A stretch of 64,000 nucleotides of DNA. Source: a virus. Its lineage: Duplodnaviria > Caudoviricetes. Below the pieces are notes generated by a model that was given only the letters and a program-made list of their open reading frames with translations, made no database searches and was not told the origin of the DNA. Below, one piece after another: positions 26,267 to 35,700 of the stretch (the first letter of the stretch is position 1; every line of letters begins with the position of its first letter). Both the position numbers and the translations under genes were made by a program. The stretch covers positions 1-64,000 of the IMG/VR virus record IMGVR_UViG_3300023172_000022; one strand, written 5' to 3'.

Positions 26267-27347
26267 AAACGGCGCCTTCCGAACCTTCACCAATTTGAAC
26301 TACACTACCTCCACTGGATTCTAAATTGATATTAGAAATAAGTGAGTTGTTATTGCTTTGTACGCACGGAACAGGCCGTCTTGCAGCGGACCAACCAGCC
26401 TTTCCGTCTGATGAAGGTCCTCTACTATAATTTCTTATTGTTAAATTATCACTTTGATTCCCGCCGATAATTTCTATTGTGGTATCAGTCTTGTTTCCTG
26501 TCGCAATTCCAACATGTCCCTTTCCAGAATTTTTATAACTTCTCCAAAAAACAATAATGTCACCCCTTTGAATATCATCCCAACCTACTGGAGTGCCATA
26601 TCCTTCATAATTTCTTGCCGTGGCGCTTGCCAGATGTTTATGTCCAGATCTTTTTAGTGTTGCACCAACAAAAACTGCACACCAATGATTATAACCACCA
26701 CTTGGTAAAAATGCATATTGTCCTAAACCAACCTCTTTCCATAACGAAATAATATTTTGATTATTACCCTGTTCTGTCCATCTTCTTGTAGTCATTGCCT
26801 CGTAAGCAACATCAAACGGATTTCTTAATGGCACATCTTCGCAATTTCTAGAAGATAGTTCTTCTACATTCTCATCTTGAATTTCAGCCGTATCCGGCAA
26901 TCCTAAACCACCCTCACTGGGCGGTAATTGTGATATATTACCCCCACCAGAACTTTCTGTATTACTAGGTTGTGAATCTGTAAAGTCTGGATGTGGGATT
27001 GGACTAAATTTAATTTCTGGAAACTTTGGTGGTGTATATTTTTCTGTACTATCTCCGGCGTTTACATTTCCACTTCCAGTTCTTATAAAGGAACCACAAC
27101 TAATTGGGTCCATCTCTCGCGCCACACCTTTTTTATTTACAAAAACTGATCCAGACCCTTTGGAAATATTGCCTGCGTGTGGTGGAACATTGGGACATGC
27201 ATGTGGTTTAAAAATGTCAACCTTTTCTCTTAAAGTTGGTTTTCCATTCGTAATTACATTATTACTACCAGCTGGACAAGTTCTTGGGGGAAAACAACCA
27301 TGTCCTGTGCATGGATCTGTATTTTGTCCTCTACTTACATTTGGCAT
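26262..27347 (-). CDS. PAAR (gp5.4-like) spike-tip protein fused to an NlpC/P60 (TIGR02594-like) peptidoglycan hydrolase
   Basis: N-terminal D.CTGHGCFPP...GS.NV.TNG...H....H...GS.SVFVN...R..DPISCGS....GS.NV.AG is a PAAR domain. C-terminal WCAVFVG..L..SG...S..AR.Y..YG...RGDIIVF.R...GHVG...GGNQSD has catalytic Cys and His intact. Start is ATG 27347 or GTG 27353. Confidence 0.88.
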   Translation of the reverse strand: MPNVSRGQNTDPCTGHGCFPPRTCPAGSNNVITNGKPTLREKVDIFKPHACPNVPPHAGNISKGSGSVFVNKKGVAREMDPISCGSFIRTGSGNVNAGDSTEKYTPPKFPEIKFSPIPHPDFTDSQPSNTESSGGGNISQLPPSEGGLGLPDTAEIQDENVEELSSRNCEDVPLRNPFDVAYEAMTTRRWTEQGNNQNIISLWKEVGLGQYAFLPSGGYNHWCAVFVGATLKRSGHKHLASATARNYEGYGTPVGWDDIQRGDIIVFWRSYKNSGKGHVGIATGNKTDTTIEIIGGNQSDNLTIRNYSRGPSSDGKAGWSAARRPVPCVQSNNNSLISNINLESSGGSVVQIGEGSEGAVS

Positions 27348-30300
27348 AAGCACTATATCCTCTTGTCGTCACCAGTATATCAGTTACTTGTTGATAATAG
27401 GCACTTTCACTATCGGGTCTTATTGCACAATTAAGTAACAATGGTTCTATATTTTCCAACCTTTCCGCTTCTATGGATGATACTGCAACATTACCCAAAC
27501 TCATTTCTAACAATAAAATATCAAATTCTTCTTTAGTCATATTTAGTTGTCCTAAATCATAAAGTTCTTGTAGTTCAACTTTAGAATTTTCCATTTCTGT
27601 TTTGTTTAAATCGTTGTTAAATCTACCATATCCAGCTTCCCTTAATTTTTTAATTTTTTCTGTTCTAGTTAATATCTCGCCTTCCCAATATCCAAGTTGT
27701 GTATCCGGCAAGGTTTGTTCTTCTGGTTTAACTTTATTCGTATGCAACCATAGATCTCTGTCAAAAGAATAATTATTATGAACTTTTAATTCAAAGTTAA
27801 TTTCTTTTTTAAGTCCACCAGTCCCATCTTGTTCAAAATTAAATAATAAGTATTGTCTATCATCTTCTATATTTGTTATATATTTTTGTTCTACAACGAA
27901 ATTTGTATCAGTTATGACCAAATATGAATATGCAGCCAATTGATTGATTTGTTCATTTAGACTGTCTATCTGTTCCTGTAATATTTCTATTAAAACTTGA
28001 TCGGTAGTATTATTCAATTCTTGTTGAATTTCATCTCTTTTATTTGTTGCAACAATTTCTGCCTGAATTGCAGTGAGGTCGTATTCCGATGTTTCAGTAT
28101 ATTGCTCAAAATCAAAGTCAAAATTTCTGTCCACTTCTACCTCAAAAGTCCATACATTTTTTATTACTGGTGATTGATTAGAATTAAAAATAACGGGAAA
28201 TAATTCTGGGCCTGTTGGAGAAGAAGAGATTCTCGCCCTAGAAGTGACTCCTGTTGTGCTGTTATGTTGTTCTACTGTGTCGCCAAAAGAAGGTAAAACT
28301 GCGTCATCTGGTTCTACGATTTGTATTATTCCTCTAGATATAGCACTCGCTAATATTTTATATTTAAATGTTCTAGGAGTTTTCATATCAAAATCTGTCC
28401 AATCCAAATCTATTGGTGGATGATGTCCTTCGTCAGTCACCCAATTTTCTGTCGCATACTTATTTAAAAATATATCCATATCACTGATTTGTCCCGTCAA
28501 TCTACCATCTGTCGTTAATGTCAAACACTCAAGAAGTCTGTTATCACTTAAAAATTCGTAAGACCAAATATATCTACCAGCCTCTATTCCTTTACCATTT
28601 TTTGAACCAGTATTCATATTAAAATTAACAAATTCAAATTCATATAGTGGGTCATCTTCTCCTAAAGTAAGAGTTATTTCATATTTTATTTCTGATGTAC
28701 TCATAGTAGAAGTTTTAATGTATTCCATTGGCACGAAATGATGCCCATAATAAAGTTTTGGTAAATTTACTGCTTCGTGACCATAAGCTTCAGAACCACC
28801 AGACTTTATTCTGCCTATTGATGATTGAATTTTCATTGGTTCAAAATTTGGCAAACTTTTTACATTGTGATAATAGGTTTGTCCTACAAACAAATCAAAA
28901 ACAAAAAATGGAGTTGACTCATATACAACTTGATTACCACTATATTTGCCGGAAGATTTTCCAAAAACTACAAAATCTGAAATTTGTGCAGTTGAAAATC
29001 TCTGTCCAAATTTTGGATATTGCGATTGAACACTTTCGTATTTTGCTTTTTGTATTGGGTATTGAGATTGTATGCCTTCATATGTTGGTTTCTGAACTGG
29101 ATATTGAGATTGTATGCCTTCATATGTTGGTTTCTGAACTGGATATTGAGATTGTATGCCTTCATATGTTGGTTTCTGAACTGGATAATGAGATTCAATA
29201 CCTTTCAAAGATGCTCTGAAAACCTCTTCTACCATTTTAAACTTAAATATATTAATGTCAGTGTATTGTGTTGGTAAATTTACATAACTTTCATCATTAA
29301 CAAAATAAGAGTATGGTTGTGTATAAACGGCAGGAACCATATTTTCATTTTGAGTCATATTATCCAAATCTAAGAAGAAAAGTTTGTGTAAGAATGTTTT
29401 TTCTTCTTCCTCTTTTAGATATGGACTATAATCTACTTCATATTCATTTAGTTTAGAAAATTGTAAATTTTCTTCAAAGGTTTTATCTGTAGGCCCGACA
29501 ATATAATCCATTTTTACATGCAGCGGATTAAATCTATGAATTCCACTTATAGGTACAAAAGTTTTGTCTGGTGGGCCAATAACCATTGGTTGTATGTAAG
29601 TTGTCTTGGTGGATTCTCTTATTTGAATTAAACCACTATCACCTTGTATTATGAGATCTTTCCCAGAATCAAATCCTGAGTCAATTATTTCGTGCAAGTC
29701 TGTTTTTCTCAAATAATCATTATCTGAAGAAATAATTAATAAATCATCTCTTTGTAAGAAACTATCTATTTCTTTTATCAGTGTAGAAGATTCTAATACA
29801 GTATCTAATGTTCCTTGGAATAATGGTTCACTAGATTTTAAATAATCACTAAATTTGTTTCCAATAGAAAAGAGTTGAGATTCTAAAGTATATTCTCCAC
29901 TTTTTTCTATTAAAGACTTTGCTCTTTTTAAAAAATCTTTAGGACTGGTGCTCAATAATACAGATGGAACAATTACATCTTCTATTAATTTTGAATTTAA
30001 TTTTTCATTTATTGTGAATATTGATAAATTTTCTTCAATATAATTGGATGCAGCAACAACAACATCGATAAGGCCATCGGCACCTATAGTTCTTAATTTA
30101 TTTAAGGAATTTATTAATACTTCGGAATCGTTACCATACTTAGTAAGACTTTCGATTATTTGTCTATAATATTGTTTAGCGTCATTATAAGATAATGTAC
30201 CTACATTACTGAAAAACCCCTTGTCTTTTCTGAAAATTTGTTTTTCCAACATAGGCAGGAAAACTTCAAAGAAACTATTATCATCAGAAACTGAATTCAA

Positions 30301-30579
30301 AGAATTTAATAGTTCAGTTGCTAAATACTCTGTTTGGAATGATTTTCCGATTGATAGTATTTCGTAATCATTACTAACTGTTCCGACAAATGTTGAATCT
30401 TCGGGCGTAGATTGGATAGAATAAATTGACTCAATATAAGTTGAATTAGAAACATTATTTTCAAAAAATTGACTATATATTTGCACATCAACTTCAGATT
30501 TTGATGTATATATTATGTTGTCAAAGAAAATGGTCTTAGCTTTTACTCTAATTCCATTACTGCCTATAATCTGAGTCAT
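27331..30579 (-). CDS. Large hypothetical virion protein (1082 aa) with a 14-aa tandem array and an Ig-like C-terminal region (possibly gp5.1-like)
   Basis: GIQSQYPVQKPTYE array and LTLTTDGRLTG...RTFKYKI...LKVHNNYS. Overlaps the PAAR gene start. Confidence 0.6.
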   Translation of the reverse strand: MTQIIGSNGIRVKAKTIFFDNIIYTSKSEVDVQIYSQFFENNVSNSTYIESIYSIQSTPEDSTFVGTVSNDYEILSIGKSFQTEYLATELLNSLNSVSDDNSFFEVFLPMLEKQIFRKDKGFFSNVGTLSYNDAKQYYRQIIESLTKYGNDSEVLINSLNKLRTIGADGLIDVVVAASNYIEENLSIFTINEKLNSKLIEDVIVPSVLLSTSPKDFLKRAKSLIEKSGEYTLESQLFSIGNKFSDYLKSSEPLFQGTLDTVLESSTLIKEIDSFLQRDDLLIISSDNDYLRKTDLHEIIDSGFDSGKDLIIQGDSGLIQIRESTKTTYIQPMVIGPPDKTFVPISGIHRFNPLHVKMDYIVGPTDKTFEENLQFSKLNEYEVDYSPYLKEEEEKTFLHKLFFLDLDNMTQNENMVPAVYTQPYSYFVNDESYVNLPTQYTDINIFKFKMVEEVFRASLKGIESHYPVQKPTYEGIQSQYPVQKPTYEGIQSQYPVQKPTYEGIQSQYPIQKAKYESVQSQYPKFGQRFSTAQISDFVVFGKSSGKYSGNQVVYESTPFFVFDLFVGQTYYHNVKSLPNFEPMKIQSSIGRIKSGGSEAYGHEAVNLPKLYYGHHFVPMEYIKTSTMSTSEIKYEITLTLGEDDPLYEFEFVNFNMNTGSKNGKGIEAGRYIWSYEFLSDNRLLECLTLTTDGRLTGQISDMDIFLNKYATENWVTDEGHHPPIDLDWTDFDMKTPRTFKYKILASAISRGIIQIVEPDDAVLPSFGDTVEQHNSTTGVTSRARISSSPTGPELFPVIFNSNQSPVIKNVWTFEVEVDRNFDFDFEQYTETSEYDLTAIQAEIVATNKRDEIQQELNNTTDQVLIEILQEQIDSLNEQINQLAAYSYLVITDTNFVVEQKYITNIEDDRQYLLFNFEQDGTGGLKKEINFELKVHNNYSFDRDLWLHTNKVKPEEQTLPDTQLGYWEGEILTRTEKIKKLREAGYGRFNNDLNKTEMENSKVELQELYDLGQLNMTKEEFDILLLEMSLGNVAVSSIEAERLENIEPLLLNCAIRPDSESAYYQQVTDILVTTRGYSAYAKCK
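29015..29205. repeat. In-frame 42-bp tandem repeat (about 4.5 units; three periods identical at nucleotide level)
   Basis: Unit ggatattgagattgtatgccttcatatgttggtttctgaact, encoding GIQSQYPVQKPTYE. Confidence 0.95.
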
Positions 30580-30581
30580 TT

Positions 30582-32633
30582 TTACAACTTCATACTTCTG
30601 TTGATGCCATTTCTATCGATAAATGGGCCTATAACGCTATTTAGTCCTGTAATTTCACCCAATATTGTTACTGGTCTTAAATGATAATAAGTTAAAGTTC
30701 CTCCATGTAATCTTATAACCCCCTTAGATATTCCACCACCAACTAAACTATCGTCAGAACCTATTCCTTGTTCACCAAGATTATCCTCTCCAACATTTCC
30801 TATAATAGACTCTTCTTCTCTGTCATCTTGACCGACATTGGGTGTTACTGTGTCATCTGTGGTGTCGTCTTGTCCCACATTAGGAGTTACAGTGTCATCT
30901 GTAGTATCATCTTGGCCTAAGTTTGTTGTAATGGCATCATCTGTGGTGTCGTCTTGTCCCACATTAGGAGTTACAGTGTCATCTGTAGTATCATCTTGGC
31001 CTAAGTTTGTTGTAATGGCATCATCTGTGGTGTCGTCTTGTCCCACATTAGGAGTTACAGTGTCATCTGTAGTATCATCTTGGCCTACTGATGGTGTCGC
31101 CACTTCGTCAGTTGCATCTTCTTCATTAATTGTAGTAGAGATTGTAGAATCTATTAAGTCACTAGAGTCTAAATTTGGTGTTAAGACAACATCTTCTAGT
31201 TCGTCAGTACTAATATTTGGTAATGTAGTTGCAAACTCTCTAACTAGTCTTTCTAAAACTTCGATTGACTCGTCTGTCGTAAGTCTATTTAATTCTTCTA
31301 TAATATCAGGTGTTATAAGATCAAGTTGTTTTAATTCATTTATTAAATCTTCTTCAGTAAGATTTTTTTCTCTCAATTCTTCTACTAAAACTTCAGCAAC
31401 AATTGTTTTTTCTAACAACTCTTCGTCTTGTTTTAAAAACTCTAAAACCTGTTTTTGTAGTTCTTCTCTTAGAGAATCTTCTGTTTTTATTAGTTCTTGA
31501 CCGACAAGTTCCTCTACAAATTCTCCTATATTTGTATCTAATAAAAATTCTCTAACTGTAAGTTCGTTTAAATTTATTTCATTAATATTAGATTTTTCTA
31601 ATTCTTCAAAGAAGAATTGTCCAAAAGTCTGTTCAACTAATGTTAATTCTTCTTTTTCTAAATTGCCCAACTCTACAATGTCGGTTTCTTCTGTGACAAG
31701 TTTTTCTATGATAGAAAGAACTTCCCTATCAATAAATGAATCTAAAACATTTACTGCTGCCTTTTCTAATTCTTCTATAAAAATACTTTGTTTAGTTTCT
31801 ATTATATCTGCTATTTCGTTTATTGCAGTTTCTTTGAATTCAGATACAATATTATCTATAATTTGTTCTGGTAAATCTTTTACAAAATCTCTTAAAACAT
31901 CATCCGATAAGATTGCAGTTTTTATTTCTTCTTCTACTAAAGAAGTTTCTATTATCTCAGCGAGAGCCTCTGTGCTTATAAGTTCTGTAAGTTCTGTGAC
32001 TCTTGTTTGATTATCAAATAAATCTGAAATATCTCTAGTGCTTATAAGATCAGACTCAGATTCTGCAACAACGGCCTTTACCGACTGTGTTATAGACTCT
32101 ATCAAACTTGTTTTTATTTTTGCAGCGACATCAGCTATTGTTTCTGTGCTGGGTAATGTATCTGCAACTTCAGTTTCTGGTGCGGGTTCTTGTGATAATT
32201 GAGAATCTGCGACTTGATCTTCTGGCACTTCAACCTGAACTATGACAACGGGCAAAGTTTCTCTTACCTGTTCGTAACTTTCTGAATCGGATGATAATGT
32301 AGAAGATACTTCTGTGGGCAAACTTGCAGTATTAAATAAAGAAACGTGCCATTCCATTGCAATTGCGCCGGCGACAGTATAGTTATAAACTGAAGTTTGA
32401 TCGATTGTTGGATTTGTTACTTTTAGTTGAATAGTGTCACCATTATTAAATGATGCAGAATTTCCAACATCAATCCCATTTTTAATAATGGTTCCAGTGT
32501 TAAAAGTAACATTAACTGGTTGTGAACTTAAATCTGTAACAGTTACTATTTCTGAAAAGAGCTCACTTGGACTCGTGAGTCCAGAGCTCATTTCAACATA
32601 GTCTGGTATAAAGAAACTGTCTATGAGTGCCAT
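30582..32633 (-). CDS. Very acidic (E/D-rich) hypothetical protein (683 aa) with a 14-aa tandem array
   Basis: Ig-like N-terminus, an E/L/I-rich helical middle, and TPNVGQDDTTDDTV repeats. Confidence 0.65.
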   Translation of the reverse strand: MALIDSFFIPDYVEMSSGLTSPSELFSEIVTVTDLSSQPVNVTFNTGTIIKNGIDVGNSASFNNGDTIQLKVTNPTIDQTSVYNYTVAGAIAMEWHVSLFNTASLPTEVSSTLSSDSESYEQVRETLPVVIVQVEVPEDQVADSQLSQEPAPETEVADTLPSTETIADVAAKIKTSLIESITQSVKAVVAESESDLISTRDISDLFDNQTRVTELTELISTEALAEIIETSLVEEEIKTAILSDDVLRDFVKDLPEQIIDNIVSEFKETAINEIADIIETKQSIFIEELEKAAVNVLDSFIDREVLSIIEKLVTEETDIVELGNLEKEELTLVEQTFGQFFFEELEKSNINEINLNELTVREFLLDTNIGEFVEELVGQELIKTEDSLREELQKQVLEFLKQDEELLEKTIVAEVLVEELREKNLTEEDLINELKQLDLITPDIIEELNRLTTDESIEVLERLVREFATTLPNISTDELEDVVLTPNLDSSDLIDSTISTTINEEDATDEVATPSVGQDDTTDDTVTPNVGQDDTTDDAITTNLGQDDTTDDTVTPNVGQDDTTDDAITTNLGQDDTTDDTVTPNVGQDDTTDDTVTPNVGQDDREEESIIGNVGEDNLGEQGIGSDDSLVGGGISKGVIRLHGGTLTYYHLRPVTILGEITGLNSVIGPFIDRNGINRSMKL
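30780..31225. repeat. In-frame 42-bp tandem array (about 11 degenerate 14-aa units) with a perfect 84-bp higher-order repeat at 30853-31087
   Basis: tcatctgtggtgtcgtcttgtcccacattaggagttacagtgtcatctgtagtatcatcttggcctaagtttgttgtaatggca repeated about 2.8 times. Confidence 0.95.
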
Positions 32634-32649
32634 GCAAACCCCCTCATAT

Positions 32650-32657
32650 TATTTATT
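32650..32657 (-). promoter_or_regulatory. Late promoter variant AATAAATA
   Basis: Directly downstream of the terminator and upstream of the 32633 start; same layout as 16450-16484. Confidence 0.55.
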
Positions 32658-32660
32658 ATT

Positions 32661-32688
32661 AAAAAAGGGAACCGAAGTTCCCTTTTTT
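32661..32688 (-). terminator. Rho-independent terminator with a T4-type cUUCGg tetraloop (possibly bidirectional)
   Basis: AAAAAAGGGAAC-TTCG-GTTCCCTTTTTT on the minus strand, just after the stop at 32703. Confidence 0.92.
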
Positions 32689-32702
32689 ATTTTACGCCTC
32701 TA

Positions 32703-35700
32703 TTAAGAAACGTCTGGGGGAATGAAATCACTGTATTCTGGTCTGATAGAACCACCTCTTACTAAAAGCATAATTCTCATCCCATTACCATATGGTAGCG
32801 TTGAATGCATACCAAGATAGGTTCTTTCAGAAGAAGTTGTTGCAGAATTTGTTCCGGTGTGCCAAGTATATGGAAAACGGAAATTCAATTCTTCAGAACT
32901 ATTGGTTCCTGTGCCGGCTGTGTCTCCAGTTACCGAAGAGCTCTGCACACTATCCAAATCATACTTTGCGTTGTTGGCACCAACATTAACAAAACCTCCC
33001 ATAGTACTTGCATCTGCTGATGTATAACAAATCAAATCCATTTCATCTTCTGGGTAGATATATCTCTGACTTGTCATTGGGGTTGGAAAGAAAGTAACCA
33101 AAGTTTTTCTATCTGTTAGTGCAAGTTGTTCGTATGGATTAATAATAGCAGGACTATCCACTTGTGGAATAATAGCCGACACATGTTTGTCCCAAGGTTT
33201 TAATACATCTTGTTCCCTGATACAGAATCTATAAATCGCTTTAGACTCGTTGTGTGGATTCATCCAAGATGCCGGAATATCTGGGTCCGATGGCAATTCA
33301 ATCAGATATTGAGATGTTGCATTAGGATCAATGGCATAATTCTCATATGCAATAGTTACTACTTGAGAATTTGCAATTTCATCTCTAACGTATAGATGAT
33401 CCGTTTGCAACATATATGCATAAACATTTTGTTCGTTTCCAAAAACGGGTATTTGAGTAAACTGTGGAACACCATCAGAATCTACAATATATTCTTCAGG
33501 AGCAACCGCAGCGTTTATTTCAACATTACTGACATATACACTCAACAAACTCGTATTTTCAAGAGGACCCGTCCCATCACCACTTCTGCCAACTGGATTG
33601 ATATATCTATTTTGATATCCCGCACCTTTCCATCTATAATTAACTAAAACTTTTGGTTTTTGTCTGGCGATGGTGCCGCCAGACGTGTTGAGCGGATCAT
33701 AAGACCAATCTGTATCTGTGTCATTAATTTCGTGAATAACTAATTGTCTTAACGAATTATTAACTGGATTTTCTACAGGATGCAAAAACTTAATGCCAAA
33801 TCTTTTTACTGGATAGGTTTCACCCCTAAATGTATTTGTAAAATTATCAATTGCTTGTACTTCTAATTCCCAATGCACACCCCTTTCCAATTCAACATAG
33901 TCTTGGAATTTATATTCGGAGTGCCATCTTGCCAAATAAATAGATTCAATTTCCAACCCTTGGCCCGCTGGTCCCAATCCCCATTGATATGCAGTATTAA
34001 AATTAACTAGTTCTGTATAATCTACCCCAAGATATGCAATATCGGGTGCTTGGGAGGAGATCGTCGGATCCTTGGTAGTAGCAATAGTAGGAAAATCTGA
34101 CACATGAGCTGCCGTAATATAATCTGTGCCAACGGTAAATCCGGGCGAAGTAAGAGAACCAACCTCCGATAAATTGGTATTTGCAACCAAATAATTGTTA
34201 AAGTTTCCAAAAGTTGTGCCAGTTGTAGTTGCAAATATTCTATCTTTATCTGTTATAATACTTGAAACTACTCTATCGGTAGATTTTAACTGTCTACCAT
34301 CAATATCATAAATATCACCTAATTGATCATATTGTAGGTTAACTTGACCGGTAATTGAATTTACAGTTTTACTCCAATTTTGATACAATGCAATATTGGT
34401 ATTAGAGGCCTCGACAGCTCTTTTACTTGGCGAATAAACGCAGTGTATAGGAGATTTTCCTTCTTCCAATTCTATTTTACCAGATGTATTATTTACATGT
34501 CTTTGTATTACAAACCATGCATAGTCATCATCTTGATCTACAGATGCATGATCCCACATAAACAAACCAAGACCGTGGTCTGTGACAGTAAGTCTATATT
34601 TTACAGGATATGTTGGAGTAATTAGAGGGTCATCTTTGCCTGCACGTCTGAACCAACCAGAGCGAGACTTTCTAAAGCCATCACTACTATCATAAAAAAT
34701 ATCACATAACTCGCCAGGCCGTCTAAAAGTTGGTCCTTTGATACCATCACGACCTTGTGTACTACTTAAAGTTCCATTATCTGAAATTTGATATTTTGTG
34801 CCAGCAAAAACATTAATTTCATCTTTTTGTTCATTATATTCAAACATCAATCTCCATTTTTGTGGAGCTCTACCCTCCAACCAAGCAGAAGATGCAACCA
34901 GATCTGTTGGAACTGTAATTCCTGAAGGTATAATATCTTTTTTTGAAGAAAGAATATCAACACCTTTTTCGGATTCTACAATAAATCTCGATCCAATTCT
35001 ACGAATACAATTCATTACATCAGACTGATTTTGTTGACCATTTTCATCAATTACTGGATAAGAATTTGCGTCTGGACTTGAATATGGATAAATGATATTG
35101 AACGATTGTTGTTCTATTTCTTCTTCTGGAATAGACATTCTCCAACTATTTGCGGCATAACGAACTCCAGAAATCATATCTGGTTCTAAATTATTTTCAT
35201 CTTGTGTAAATGGTGTTAAAATTGTCCCGAATGCAATTGTACCATCGTTAGAAATAGATTCAATACGAACTTCACCTCTGCCATATTCTTGGATGATTCT
35301 TTTCTGCAAATCATCAGACGAGAAAACTGCATCAGTACCTGTTATTTTAACATTCACTGATGAGTTGGTTTGATTTGACGCATACGAAACTACGATTGTT
35401 CCGTTTTTCATTTTTGAATCAGACCAATCATATGTGTAATGATTTGCATAAGGATGTAAAGTTAAATCCATTGCTAATTGTTTTAAAACGCCATCTTCAT
35501 AATTACTATAATACTGTGTTTTGGTAAAATAATCTAATATAAGTCGATCATTTGGATTTGGAATCGAAGCATTATTCAATGTAATTGAACCATATGGCGC
35601 TACTGACGGAACAATTATAATAATGTTATCAGTTCCTGTAGATGGAGTATTATAAAATGTTATGTTTTGGCCATTTACCAAATAGTCATTATTGATTTGT

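Noticed and set aside
26262-27347. Bacterial T6SS or eCIS locus instead of a phage
   Set aside because: No Tss membrane complex, ClpV or Afp-type genes are present. The context is a T4-type gp5/25/6/7/8 cluster with T4 late promoters.
29015-31225. 42-bp repeat arrays as CRISPR arrays
   Set aside because: The units are head-to-tail with no unique spacers, lie in frame inside ORFs, and have no cas genes nearby.
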